A stretch of 62,938 nucleotides of DNA, filler included, from Lenisia limosa (lineage: Eukaryota; Protista; Breviatea): NCBI GenBank assembly GCA_001655205.1. It is 8 parts of 8 records of this genome, joined end to end, with 100 filler letters (N's around TTAATTAATTAA, not from the genome) between each part and the next. Parts side by side here need not be neighbours in the genome. Positions count along the whole stretch, not along the records: positions 1 to 2,195 come from LPNZ01008219.1; positions 2,296 to 7,232 come from LPNZ01004046.1; positions 7,333 to 36,464 come from LPNZ01002761.1; 5 more parts are not named here. One strand, written 5' to 3'. Under the pieces are notes generated by a model that ran no database searches, had not been told where the DNA came from, and saw only the letters and a list, made by a program, of their open reading frames with translations. This document shows, piece by piece, positions 1-15,000 of the stretch. A program made the position numbers and the translations under genes. Position 1 is the stretch's first letter. Each line of letters starts with the position of its first letter.

Positions 1-2195
<2,195 letters not shown>

Positions 2196-2295
2196 NNNNN
2201 NNNNNNNNNNNNNNNNNNNNNNNNNNNNNNNNNNNNNNNTTAATTAATTAANNNNNNNNNNNNNNNNNNNNNNNNNNNNNNNNNNNNNNNNNNNN
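2196..2295. other. Artificial scaffold spacer N44-TTAATTAATTAA-N44
   Basis: 12-mer at 2240-2251 with stops in all six frames. Confidence 0.95.
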
Positions 2296-2768
2296 AGGTT
2301 CATGGCTCCACGAAGAGCCTGTTCTGATTTCTGACCCGATAGTATCAAGTACAATGGCAACTTGTTGCTACAATGGTGATGATAGGCTCAGCCAATGCAA
2401 CAAATGTAGCAAATTGAGGAAAATGTTGAGTAATTTATGCCCATCAAACTGTCGACAATCTTACTGAAAACAACATCCAAACATAATATTATACCAAATT
2501 TGGACCATCCCTTACGTTCAGCTCGGCAGCAACTTTCCTGACGTTTCTCACTGCATCTGAGAGGAACTGGATAGATGAGTATATTTTTGGCAGGAAAGCA
2601 CATGGCAAGGATCAGCAAAAAAAGAAAGAAACAGGGTATTGAAGAGGTATGGCAAAAAACGACTTCAAGGATATTTGCACTCATATTATAATGGTCACAG
2701 TATACTTCACCATCGTCTCAATAATTATTAAATATTATTATTTGACAAAATGGAAGACAGTCCCCCAC

Positions 2769-3825
2769 CTCATTGCCACAAGAAGCATTGATTCTGACCA
2801 CATTGACTCCAGCCTTGATTAGATCGCGGATCATATCGGTGGTGTTGGTCCTCTCACCTGGGGGGGGGGGTAAAATTGGAAAATTTAAGAAACAAAAAGA
2901 ACCCAAATCAACTCTGTTGGCTGACACCAGACAAGGGTTGATAACAGCAAAACAAACAGAGCCCAGGCCAGCANNNNNNNNNNNNNNNNNNNNNNNNNNN
3001 NNNNNNNNNNNNNNNCCATCACTATGGGGGCTGACAACACACATAAATCCAATTCAGTTACAATAAAAATCCTCCGATAAACACAGCACCATGTGAAACA
3101 ATAATGGAAAACTCGTATGATATAAACACCGCATGGACAGGCTTCATACTCATCAACACCACCAACACCCCTACTACCATCATCACCATCATTATATTCA
3201 CTCCAATATCATTATCACGAGTAGAAACAAGAGCCAAATCTCAGATCTGTTGAAACTCTTCAGTGTGGTGACTGACCAATGAGATAGATATATTACCTGC
3301 AAGGAAGAATGTTCTAGAACATCTGAGTAAAGCAAGATGTAGTTGCGATTCCACTATGCGTTGTCCAGCCCATCCATGAACAAAGAAATAGATCCACCAA
3401 AGAACAGTACATGAACCGGATCCATTGATCAACAACTACATGGCTATTTAGCGCAGAAATGGGGAAATTCAATTTGGAAAGTTAGTGAAGATGAGTAAGA
3501 AAGACAAAGGTGCCAAAGAGCACACACTGGAATTTCAACATATTGAGACAGCAATGTCCAAAAACACGTGTTCTCCCCATACCGAGGGTGGCAATAATTG
3601 AGGTCATATGCCTCGAAATGGGATCGGAGGTAACATCAAGTGCTGCCAAGTGTTCGAGGCGCGTGTGCTTGGTTTGTGCACTTCTCTGAAAATTTGAGCA
3701 TTTTGAAGGGGAGAAGACCAGGAAAGCCGCTTTAAACGAGAACTTACTTGTTGCTTCTGGGCTTGATGACGTGCAGTGTACGGCCGTCTCACTGTCGGCT
3801 TTGATGATGCCTTGGAAGACAACAT
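2769..3825 (-). CDS. Pyruvate kinase-like protein, 5' part (exons 3825-3748, 3685-3583, 2857-2769; possibly a further exon near 2330-2296)
   Basis: Spliced translation MLSSKASSKPTVRRPYTARHQAQKQQ|RSAQTKHTRLEHLAALDVTSDPISRHMTSIIATL|GERTNTTDMIRDLIKAGVNVVRINASCGNE aligns with the PK N-terminus (LEH..LD....R.T.IICTIGP...GMNVARLNFSHG). Splice phases are consistent. Confidence 0.8.
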
Positions 3826-4983
3826 TGTTCTATCTGAAGGCTGAATTCGAAAAACGATTTGGCCTTATTTGAACAAAAGGACGACAGTATAAGCACCCAG
3901 AGTTGCTTTAAACCAAAAAATGTAAAATAAACCTTGATAAACCCCAAAATCAGAAGCTGCTGAAAGGAAATGTTATTATTAAGGTAATATAAATGGTTAT
4001 ACATCGTAAATTAGCCGGCAACGAGCGTCGTTAATCGGTGTCTCTGACGTCCTGTCCGTCATGCATGCTAAGCACAACCTAAGAAGCCATAATGCTTCGA
4101 AAGGAGTGATATTTTCGATCAAGAAGCGTCGAACACAGCGTCGATGGTGGCGCAATGATAAGAACTCGTCCTTTCTGGAGCTTAACCTCCAGGCTCACTT
4201 CATGGGATACGAAAGATTAGGTATTTTCGGGCCAAGGATTCTGAATATTTGCCTTCCCTTTTGGGTTTCCTTTCAACACTGATTGATCCTCATTTTTATT
4301 ATCGGCAACAATGACAAAGCATATCTCTCTCGGTTCAGTGAAATATTTCCCTTAAAGGTGCTATTTACCTGGTTTTTGGGACAATTAGTAAGGGTCCTTT
4401 CTACACTGGCTGAGCTATTTTTTGTATTCTTGTTCAAGTGCATTTCAACATATCTCTCATTAGAAAGCTTCAAATCCCATCAACCCACTATTGTCAGTAT
4501 TTCTTTTGCTGGATTGTAATCATTATTTCTCTTTGTTGTGAGTATGATCTTGTTCGTGCTCCATTGCCTGCTTTTATTGTTGTTTTTTTGTGTGTTTTGT
4601 TTTTTTGATTTTGACATTTCCTAAACGTTTCAGTACACACCTTGAAGGACGTCCCCCCCGGAGTGCCTCTTTTATGGGTCAATGCGCTACCGCCTTTTCA
4701 ACTGCCCACGTCTCTTTGGTGAGTCTCATGGAATCAACTCAGTCCAAAAATAACCGCGAATTATCGAGGATTGATCCAGAAATTCAGTCTTTTTTTTTTG
4801 GACCGAAGTGAAACTCGTCGTATCATAGGATTTTTGTTGTTTCTGAAATGATAATATCCCAGCAGCTACCCTTATATCGCTGAAACGGAATAACCTGATA
4901 GTTACAAAAAAATTTATCAAATAACAGGACAGCTTTCGAACATGGGGTTAAAGTGATTTTGACGATTTCTCAATTCACAACAG

Positions 4984-6011
4984 TGTCAATTTGGCATACA
5001 AACTACGTGATGAAGTGAAGACAGTTGAACTGCCGAAGCTGTCTCTGCATGTCGCGGCTGGACAGGGCGATAAACCAAACGGTGGGCTGAGTGTTATTGT
5101 GAAATTATGTTGCTATTCATTTCAATTTAGCAGTTATGTTTCAATACATGTCAATTTAGCTGTTATGTTACAATACATGTCAATTTTGTTGTGTACACGC
5201 AAGTCAAAACAAATGATAGATGAAATATTATTTTACCAGTCAATATTTTACAGCATAACGGTGTGGGTGGCTTTGGTCAGATTAATTTTATTGCTCATTT
5301 GTACATATTGTACTCTACATGAGTACTTTCCTGTTGCCATGGTCTACTAACTTGATATGTGGTACTTTCTCTTTGCTTTAGTAACTTGCTTCTAATAATA
5401 CAATACACATGCATGATATATTGACTGTATATAGTATGATGTATTCACTGAATAGTTATGACTTTGTGGCTTTGTTGATTTTAATCATCTTTCAACTGCA
5501 ATAATCATCCCTTCAGAACCAGCAGTCTGTCACGTGTCACACGACAACTTTGACTACCTCGAGCGTCTTGTTGGTGTTTTCCTTCCAAAGTTCAGATCTC
5601 TTGTCTCAGAAGTTGTGCGCAACAAGCAATATGATGGTGGGGTGGAATTAGACATTTGATATGCTTTATGACGGTAGTATTTGGTATGTTGTTGCTTGGT
5701 TTCATTCACCCCAGAATCTCCTCTCATTCACCCCAGAATCTACTTGTATATAACCTTATTCTCCTCAGAATCTATATCCTTCCTCCGAGCCTCGTCGCTG
5801 TTGGGGGGCCAAAGTGTCGGAGCATACTACATCACCCAGGGCGGCACCGATGCCGCTTTCTGCATCGCGTGGAAGGCTGGCAGGGTGGGGGGATTATTGT
5901 AAGCATTCATATCTCTTGATACCACTGAAGACGTGGCAAACTATTGACATCCAGTGCTACATTATCGAAATCATTCCGTTAAGGAATTCCATCATTTTTG
6001 ACTATGAATAA
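4984..6011 (+). CDS. Uncharacterised protein with a C-terminal degenerate SH2-like domain (exons 4984-5081, 5517-5636, 5769-5884, 5931-6011; 5' end unresolved)
   Basis: In-phase exons: ...VVRNKQYD|ESISFLRASSLLGGQSVGAYYITQGGTDAAFCIAWKAGR|TWQTIDIQCYIIEIIPLRNSIIFDYE*. The SH2 resemblance is by eye only. Confidence 0.55.
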
Positions 6012-6340
6012 AATGGTTGACGGGTTCAGGGCGAAATTGACACACGATTTGTGCGAATCAATTTGGACAACCTCGAGGTGTACATCAGCGGAGCCAAGGG
6101 CACGTTTTCCCTTTCGGGCACCTCGTTATCCACTCTTCTTCTTGGTGGGGGTCTTGACCGATTGTTTAGAAGGGAGATATGATTATTTCAGTCAAGACTC
6201 ACACTTGATGGGGTCCTCATATCTAATACAGTCTCCTATGATAACCATTACTGACTGCAAATATCGTATCAAGAAATACAGAGGATTTAGCATCAGTTTT
6301 ATCATGGAATTGGGTTATTATTATTCTTTAACATGCAGAC

Positions 6341-7074
6341 ATGATACCCATGACGGGAACTGAGATTGAGGCTCTGGGCTTTGACCCGTCGCTTCCGGAT
6401 CCGACGGCGGAGGAAGCGGACCAACCCCCTGCTGTCACGTGCCGCGCAACACTCACGTCGCTGGAGGAGGACTTGCGTGTCGTCAAACCGGTACGGGCTG
6501 GGGTGGTGCTATCATTGGCTTTAGGGTTCCGGAAAATACTAAATTTCTCGATAAATCCTAGAGGGTATTTTGGGAAGCCTAGGGGCACCCTTTTGTTTGA
6601 CTTTAGAAAGATTTCTGAGATTCCAATCAACCTTAAATCTGGGAAGGGTAATTGACATTTCCTTACACTATAGTCCAAAGCTTCCCCCGTGGCTCCTGTA
6701 CAAGGCGGCAGAAAAGTGGGGGCCGATGCGATAATGTTTATTCTATTAAGAACAAATGTTTATTTCCTGATATGATATTGAATGTGGAACACAGCTATGC
6801 TGACTTTAGACATGACCTTCGTGATGGTTTTAACCCCCCCCCCCCTTAATAGTAATAAGGAGGATTTCTTGGCACGCAAGATTGTTTGTTCAATATTTGC
6901 TGTTCCGAATCCTGAACCAATTACACTTTTGTAGCCTAGTCATAGACCTAACGTTCAGGGCTGGGCAGACGAGAGCAGTACGAGTCTCACAATGTCGACA
7001 GTGTCGGAACGCCACACTCCTGTAGCGCCTAAGGAATACGAGGCTCCCAAGTGGATCGACAGTCAAAGCGCCCG
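6341..7074 (+). CDS. Uncharacterised gene, 5' part, truncated by scaffold end
   Basis: GC-richer open segments MIPMTGTEIEALGFDPSLPDPTAEEADQPP... and PSHRPNVQGWADESSTSLTMSTVSERHTPVAPKEYEAPKWIDSQSAR followed by a GTATGC donor; no family recognised. Confidence 0.4.
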
Positions 7075-7232
7075 GTATGCAGTGGTTGATGAAGGCTTGG
7101 TTAAATGAAGGGGGTCAGACCTGGTATTTGGGTTTCTAATTAGTTTCTTGCTCTTTTGGATAGCTGGTGGGGTTTGCCATGTGACGAAGATTATGGAGTT
7201 GTGTACTGTATTTGCCCCCCTCCTCAGTGGAC

Positions 7233-7332
7233 NNNNNNNNNNNNNNNNNNNNNNNNNNNNNNNNNNNNNNNNNNNNTTAATTAATTAANNNNNNNNNNNN
7301 NNNNNNNNNNNNNNNNNNNNNNNNNNNNNNNN
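7233..7332. other. Artificial scaffold spacer
   Basis: TTAATTAATTAA at 7277-7288 in a 100 bp N run. Confidence 0.95.
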
Positions 7333-8334
7333 CTCTGCAATACCTAAATTATCGCATACAGCAACAACAAAAGGGACCACAGATACTATCAAAATTAACA
7401 ACGCTGTTGCGTCAACTCTAAGTCGATCTAAATCATCAAAATCTTTCAAAAACGTGTCATAGATCTTGTTGGGAACATGCTTTCTATAAATCATAGTATA
7501 TTCAGAATTTGAAAATTTGCTTATGAAGGCTTTTGTGCCAGTAAGATACTGTTGAGGACAAATTTGTAGAGCGCATTCCCACAATAAATGCCCTGAACTC
7601 ACTTATGTTAAAACAAATCAGCTTACTCCGGGCTCGATCCAAGCTCCTTTAAGTCATAGACGGAAGCATAACCCCAAGACTATCTTAAAATACAAGAGGG
7701 TTTCAGTGAAAAGGGAACTCTGCTTAAAAACCCAAGTTCAGTTCAGTTCAATTCAAAAATTTACGATATTATTCAGAATTGGGACATTTTTGGTATTACT
7801 GTTAGCACTCAGGTGTGTTTGCACTCAGGTGGGTGTTCGCACTCAAGGGGTACGACTTATATATATCGATATGTATATCGATATATATATATAATATATT
7901 ATATACAGTGAGTAACATAAGTAATGGCAAAGATTTTCCTAATAACTTGTCGAATGACAAAATCAAAATATATGCCAAAAATACGAATTTTGGTGCAATT
8001 TACACTTTAAAATATTTTGCGACAAGTTATTAGGATAATATTTTTGCCATTACTTATATAACTCAATGTATTTGTTTTACATTACCATTATATTAATTTT
8101 TATCTTGTGGTTGATTTGTCGATTATGGATGTTCAGTGCTTTTAGAAAGTAGGGAAATCATAACAAGAAGTCAGCCTGATATTATATTACTGGTTTTACG
8201 GTTGTCAGCCTTGGCCAGTATATTGGATTTGAAACGCATTTTTATGAAGGACAAGCGGAAAACAAACGATACAAAACTACCAAGACGAAAGACTAATTAG
8301 GGAATACAGGGGAACGTGACTGCTTATATTCCAG

Positions 8335-10904
8335 GTTTTCTCATTCTTTAATGGGTGCGAGTGCAAGGATGTGGAATGCAGAATGACTGAGGCAGCCAAC
8401 GGCGATCTGTTATGCACTGGAAGCTGTCCAAACTGTAAGTAGTTTCGCTGACTCTATTTTCAATATTTCTTACACTATAGCAACAATATTTACAATCCAA
8501 TGATGATATGGACGAGTTCGGCAAGATAAAACTATTGTATTTAATTGAAATTTGTGAAAATTGAAAATATTTGATTAACTATGAGTTTCTTACAATTTCG
8601 AAATAGAAATACTTTTGTTGATAAAGTTGCAATAGGGAATGAGATGGAAGGCAAGTACATATATACATAGCTATACCTGACTTTAAAAATTGTACCATTT
8701 ATTGATAAACAAGCTTAACTATACAGCTAATGACAGTCATAATAGTATTCACTGCTGTAGCTAGCAACACCAACCCACTATTCTGCGAGCCCATTTTCTC
8801 AGAAGGTCAACTAAAGGAATGCAAATGCCAAGGAGGTAGGTGATTGGTTTGATTAGTTGAAGTATTGGGAATAGCCTGATTGTAGATTCACGAGGAAAAT
8901 ACCATACTTAATGTGAATACAATTTGTTTTGTATTACGTAAGTGAATGTCTTTGAATTAATCCTTAGGTGAGTGTTTTGCCCACTATTCTCCTCCACCGA
9001 CTGGATGGCATTGCGACTTGCCAGATTGCCCTGAACTGGTGCGAGGATTTGAAAATATTTGGTTTGATTATATTTTTACACCAAAATATTCATTAATTTT
9101 CACATTGTTTTAGAATCAAAATTGTACTGCGTTGTACTATGAGAAGGAGGGCAAAAAGCTCTTCAATGGCTGCGACTGCATTGACAAGCCCGATCGTATG
9201 CAAAAAGGGAGCTTAAATATTAGAAATTCAAATAAAATGAAGGGGATATTGTTGTATTATTGAAAATGATTTAAGGATTCCGTCCGGTCCCGTACCAAAT
9301 TTTCTGATGAATTTTCGATAAATATCAATATTTTGCCAGATTTTTGTGCCTTTGATAATCCGTAATGTAATTAATAGTACATTACAAATCGCTAATGCTC
9401 TATCCCAGATAATTGTTTTCATCTTCAGTGGATACTTTGATTGCTCATTGACAGGATTTCTTTGCTCGCTAAAATAGTTCAACAACAGTTTTCTTACTGG
9501 AAATCGTTTATTTCATAGCGTGTCGTATCGAGAATAACGCCTGTCTTGGAACTTGCCCCAATCCTGATGACGTGAGTTGGAAATGGCATACTGGTGAGAT
9601 ATTTTGTACAAAAAATGTCCACGTTAAGTTTTATTAATATCACAAATCATTTTCAATACTATTATACATATTTCATCTCGCTGGGCCTACGTGGAATTCA
9701 GTTTGTGTCCGTGAAATGATTTTTTAAGGAATTTGATATTTTTTTAAAATACCAGTGTCCTATTCTGATTACAATACAATCATTGATGCAGCATTGTGTT
9801 GGCCACTTTGTCAACCACAGACTTGCACATTGCACATGTTGTGAATGCGAACCCCCTTATGACCCATGTGAAAGTTGGACTCGGATCAAACGCTTTTTCT
9901 TCCGTCCCAAAAAACTCTTTAATATTTGAGTAAATACTGTATAATTGAGTGTCAAACACAATTTTCCATCAAGGATTCAGAATTGTTTGAACCTCGATAA
10001 AATACTGATATTCAAATTAATACATAAACGTTTGGAACCGAAAGTAAAGATCTACATAAGACTATTATTAAATCAATAACATGTATGAATGGAATTTTGT
10101 CTGGAGTATGATATTGTTTGATTCTTGATTAGAAATAGCAAAACAATTAGTTGCAAAATTTGAAGTGGGTCCATCTATTTCGGACACTTTAATTTCAGAC
10201 GAACTTAATTGCACGAAGTCGTACTAATGATCTAGAATGCCACCTTGAGTACTACAACAACCATCCCTATTGTACTGGAGACTGTCCTCCAGGATCGCAT
10301 TGTAACCTAGTTCAAGGTTCCAACACCATGTTCTGTGCTTGTGCTGGTATGCCTTATCTAGGGCTTCACTTCGGTTCGAAAACCGACTTTCTTGATAAAT
10401 CCTCAAAAACTATCAATATTGTCCCGATCTTTTTTGAACCGAAGTGAAACCCTAGCCTTATTCCTTCTGTCAAACTCACACTACACTGTCTATGTAACTC
10501 TTCATCACCCCACCCCCCAAATGATATACCGCCTCACTCTAGTAAAATGACTGTATTTCACATAGAATCATCGGTATAATTCGATAGTTTGAATTCCTAA
10601 TCAAACTCAACAAGAACTTTTCAAAATAATAATCGAGAGTTGTATTTGATAATTAAGATTTTCAAATAGAAATTCGGTAGTTAAAAACTGCCTTTTACAT
10701 GTCAAAATATACATTTATATGGGATTCCAAGGCATTCTTAGGAATTCTCTAAATTTCTCTTGTATATATCAAATAAACTATTATATGTAACAAATGGAGT
10801 CCTTTTCAAAAGAATCCAAAGGTATTGACCGGTGTTATTTTAGCAAAACTATAATATTCAATTTATATGTTGTAGCGATCCTTCCTCCTCCCAACGGCCG
10901 GTAA
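8335..10904 (+). CDS. Cys-rich 6-Cys-module protein, paralog 1, 5'-incomplete (exons 8335-8434, 8761-8835, 8968-9038, 9114-9195, 9519-9571, 9792-9873, 10236-10346, 10876-10904)
   Basis: Eight GT-AG exons (603 nt) join in frame: VFSFFNGCECKDVECRMTEAANGDLLCTGSCPNSSNTNPLFCEPIFSEGQLKECKCQGGECFAHYSPPPTGWHCDLPDCPELNQNCTALYYEKEGKKLFNGCDCIDKPDPCRIENNACLGTCPNPDDHCVGHFVNHRLAHCTCCECEPPYDPCEKCHLEYYNNHPYCTGDCPPGSHCNLVQGSNTMFCACAAILPPPNGR*. Exon sizes match paralog 2. Confidence 0.88.
10360..10453. mobile_element. MITE family 1 copy in a paralog 1 intron; further full or partial copies near 747, 1415, 4775, 6520, 12580, 20790, 28575, 28845, 29686, 42433, 42880, 46516, 54686
   Basis: agggcttcacttcggttcgaaaaaccgactttcttgataaatcctc...gaaccgaagtgaaaccct; the core aaattcagtcttttt and tcgataaatcctcga recurs at the listed sites. 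Confidence 0.8.
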
Positions 10905-11144
10905 CTCAAAGAAAGTGATGCTCATTCCAAGCTGACCTCTGTTGACATTATACTCTTTAACTCTTCAGTTATTATATCGTCTTATTATTGCTAATATATA
11001 TTGTTTGTTACCGCTCTTTTAGGATCAGCTGAATCCCAGAATGGAAATTCGGAGTGTCACTATTATCCCATTTGGGGTACAGATTATGGATTTTGGATTA
11101 ACTTGACGTGAGTTCATTTATTTAATGCTCGGTTGAGATTACCT

Positions 11145-11288
11145 CTCTACGGCGCATGGACTTGGGATTCCCTATGATATGGGAGTTTCATAAATATCTT
11201 CAAATTTCCAGAAGTTTCCATGGATTTCCCATGTAAAATTTGGAAATTCCAACGTTTTCACAAGAATCCCAAGTCCGTTGTGCTAAAT
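11145..11288. mobile_element. MITE family 2 (~135 bp, TIR c(a/t)ctacggcgcat(g/c)gacttgggattc); other copies 16226-16364, ~23420-23515, 24831-24964
   Basis: Shared internal sequence (ttcccatgtaaaat.tgg.a.ttccaacgttttcacaagaatcccaagtc) and inverted termini; the 24831 copy begins CACTAC and ends GTAGTG. Confidence 0.75.
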
Positions 11289-12058
11289 AATGAGCTAATA
11301 GAGTCAGACAATTCAAAATAAATTATCAATACCAATTCCACCACTGTAAAGTTCGCTTATGTTAATGTAGAGTAAAAAACTAGAAAGCCAGAAATTAATT
11401 GTGCGAAGGAATACATAACAGCAGATGGGAAAATGATGCATTTATATGCAAATTTACAGTTTTTTTGACAAACTTAGAAACATTCTTCTAGAAATAATGA
11501 CTTAACCTTAGAAATAAATAATCAAACAATACAATAGTATCAATATAGTTTTACCTTATTTATCTATTTCTAAATGTTGTCACTGTAATAAATATTTGAT
11601 CAATTATTGATATCGAGTATTGTTCGAAACTTTTTCGAAAGTAGCATTTCTGAGAATTGTCGAAAACTATCAAGAATTGTCGAACACTTACTGGGATTTA
11701 GGTTGTTGCTAAAACTGAGTCAATAATCGTTTGTCATTGATTTTGATGAGTATATCTGCAGGTTTGATGATATTTTAAACATTCGATTAACAAAATTGAA
11801 ACTGAAAATGAGGACTTTCCATATCAGGAAAGTAGCCTTTTTTCAGATTTCATATTGAATTTTTCAGACTACAAACAATTACATCAAATATATTGAGACC
11901 CGTGATTGTGTGATATTATAGTGAAATATATTAAGTGAATTTTCAGGAGTAATACATCGCAAAATCCTTCCCCAAATTGAATTTGAAATTGGTTTCAACT
12001 TTTTCCACATTGTGTCCTTCTTGTACAGCTCAAACCATTTTTGCTCAAATAATAAACT

Positions 12059-15000
12059 ATGTTACCTTCCAAGTTTTGGGTGTTTCTCTTGTTCATCGTT
12101 CCTGCAGTTTTTGGTAAGCCCAAGTGGATTCGTACAGTTGTATTCGAGTGTTCAAATGGTAATATCTAGTAATTACCTCTGGTACAAATGTAATCGATGT
12201 TGAATTATAATCTCACATCCCCTCATATGATAATAAATAATTGACGGATAAGTCTCAATAATACTCTACACTCGGGATTAACTCGCCTGTTTTCTCCATT
12301 TATTATTTCAACTCGAAATTCAGATATGATAGGAAGTAAAATATCACCTTGGTGAAATATGTTAATATGACAAAATCAGTAAATTATGTTTTGAAAACAT
12401 AATTGTGTAAAAGTTAATGAGCAACATTGATATAAATTGATCACCATTATATAAATAATATCAATTAAAGTGTGTGAATATATTAAAAAACGCTCTGGAA
12501 ACTTTTTTTGCTTTTGCGTGGTGATTAACTTGTTATTTCAAAGAGATCAAGTTGTATAAATAATAATAATTATTGCTTCACTTTCGGTTTATCGAGATGT
12601 ATCCAGAGATCATTCGTTTTTTGAACCAATTGAAAAGTTTTAAACCTATTAAACCAGATGCGAGTCCTATATAACCATGATATATAACCTACATAGCTTA
12701 TCTACTATTTTCAAACTCTGATATTATATGTTTTGCACACTTACATTTTAGCGCAGTGCAAGATTGTGGTAGAAGATGGTGTCAAGACTTGTCAAGGTAG
12801 TGGAGTGTTTAATCCTCAGTTATATGCTTTGAGTACATTAATATATCAATTAAGTTATTCAGGTCCATGCAGAGCAAGAACCGACAAATGTTTGCCTACA
12901 TTTGATGACGTTGGAGACTTAATCGAATGCAAATGCGCAGATCCTGTATGTAAGGGTGTGAGAGTATTGTAATCTGAGTGTCAGAAAAACTTGTGTTGAC
13001 GCATTTCCACAAGTTATATGATTATATGACAAACTTTCAAAGATAACATGATTGTCATCCCGAGTGTATCAGGGTATCATTGAGACTTGTTGGTCATATA
13101 TAATACGAGTTGATATGAGGCATCATCAAATAACTAGTGTTTCAAAAAGTGGTATTATTTAATATACTTATGGTATACAGTAACCAAATCGGTTAAGACT
13201 TACCGGGTCACTGAATATATTCATTCAAGTCGTGGGAATAAAATGATCAGCCGGATAGAACCTTTTATTATTCTTATCTCTCTTTCAATATACAAGAATA
13301 CACATAATTTCAACAGGGCGTGGACTGCTATCCAGACTGGGGTAAGGATACTGGATGGTCGTGCAAGGGTGACTGTGACACTGATACTTTGGATTGCGTT
13401 CCCGCTTTCGGTACAAAAGTCTTGGATAATGGACAGGTTTGCTTTTTCAGTAACGTCTTTTTAAAACTAGGTTCATATATCAATACTCTGCTGTTGAATG
13501 TACACTAAAGAAATCACCATTTAATACTTAGTAAATAGTACTCATGCAATTTTAGCTGGTTTAGGGACAGTTTACTAGAGCTACAGGCATTAATTATAAA
13601 TTCCTTCCTTCATGTTGATGAAATTGTATAATTTTATATATAGCTTATATGTATAGTCAAAGCTCCGGACATCATTCAAAATTCCCGGACACATCAAAAC
13701 TCCCGGACAGCTTGAGTTTTTCCCTACAAAATCACCATAAACCACCCAAAAACCCTATTTCCCTTTTGTTTTCGAAAGTAATCTCAATCTTAATTAAAGC
13801 ATGAAACCCCAATTTAACATATTGTCGGGTCAAAACCAAATTAAGTCCCTGAGCTCTCTGTTAATGGTCCAAATACTGTCAAAAACAAGCAAAAACCGTT
13901 ATAAGGCCACATTCAAGGAATAAATGGCAACTACCCTTGTAGACAGTGCTATTTTGAGCAATTTTCTCTCAAAATTCACCATTACATAGCCAAAGTAAAG
14001 TGGAACCCGGAACCAAATACTCCGAGGGGTGCAAATTTTTGTTTCTTAACACTTAAAGAGGGTAAGATTCAGAAAAAAATCCTGTGAAAAGGCAAAAGGG
14101 GGACCCCCGGGAGACCAAATTCACGGATTTTTGACGTTTGCTCAAAATTGAAAAAAAAAGTTAGGGAACATTAGGAGGACCATTTCTCTTTGTATCTGTC
14201 GAAACAGATTTTCAAAAAACACTAGCAATGGCCTATACAAGGCATTAACTTCAAGCTGTCCGGGAGTTTTGATGTGTCCGGGAATTTTGAATGGTGTCCG
14301 GAGCTTTGAGGACCCACATATATATTATATCCCTTAACATTAAAGATACAGAAGACTGTTTATTCATCAACACAATCTTGCAGATTATTTCCTTCAACAC
14401 AAATAACAAATAATATTTCAGATTATTTCCTTCTTCAAAGGATGCGAGTGCACAGATGCACACTGCAGAATGACAGAGGCTGATAACGGTCAACTGTTCT
14501 GCACAGGTCACTGTCCACTATGTGGGAAGCTAGGAATTATATTGTTTTATGATAACTTTCTTAGGTGTTTTTCATTCTTGGAGGTTGTTATAAATAATTA
14601 TGTTCTTAGTGATTACTTCCTTTATCCTCTAAGGTTTTTGATAATTATCATCTTGTGATACTATTTATTTATGTTGATAACTTTCTTTGTCCTAACGGTG
14701 AAATGATTTTGTGAACAATATTTCCATAAGCATGATGGTGTGGATGGCTTTGGCCAGATACAACCTTTTTTGTTTGTCATCTTTATCCACGAAATGAGTA
14801 TGATATAACTATCTAGCAACTCCTACGAACAGGCAATTCTGTGAGCCGATTTTCTCAGAAGGACATCTGAAGGAATGCAAATGCCAAGGAGGTCGGTGGC
14901 ATTGATTGTATTTAAAGCATCTCTGCATTCAAATCTTCGTTTTCATATTAAATATTTTTTAAAAAGCATGTATTCAACTTTTTTTAGCATTTTAAATGTA

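Noticed and set aside
7333-7602. Minus-strand open frame with HLLWEC (zf-RVT-like) and a hydrophobic end
   Set aside because: No upstream CxxC or RT motifs, and it is cut by the scaffold end; cannot be assigned.
11023-11107. AG..GT-bounded segment with a CHYYPIWG motif that might link paralogs 1 and 2 into one giant gene
   Set aside because: Paralog 1 already ends at TAA 10902-10904 in a terminal exon matching paralog 2, and paralog 2 has its own ATG and signal peptide.
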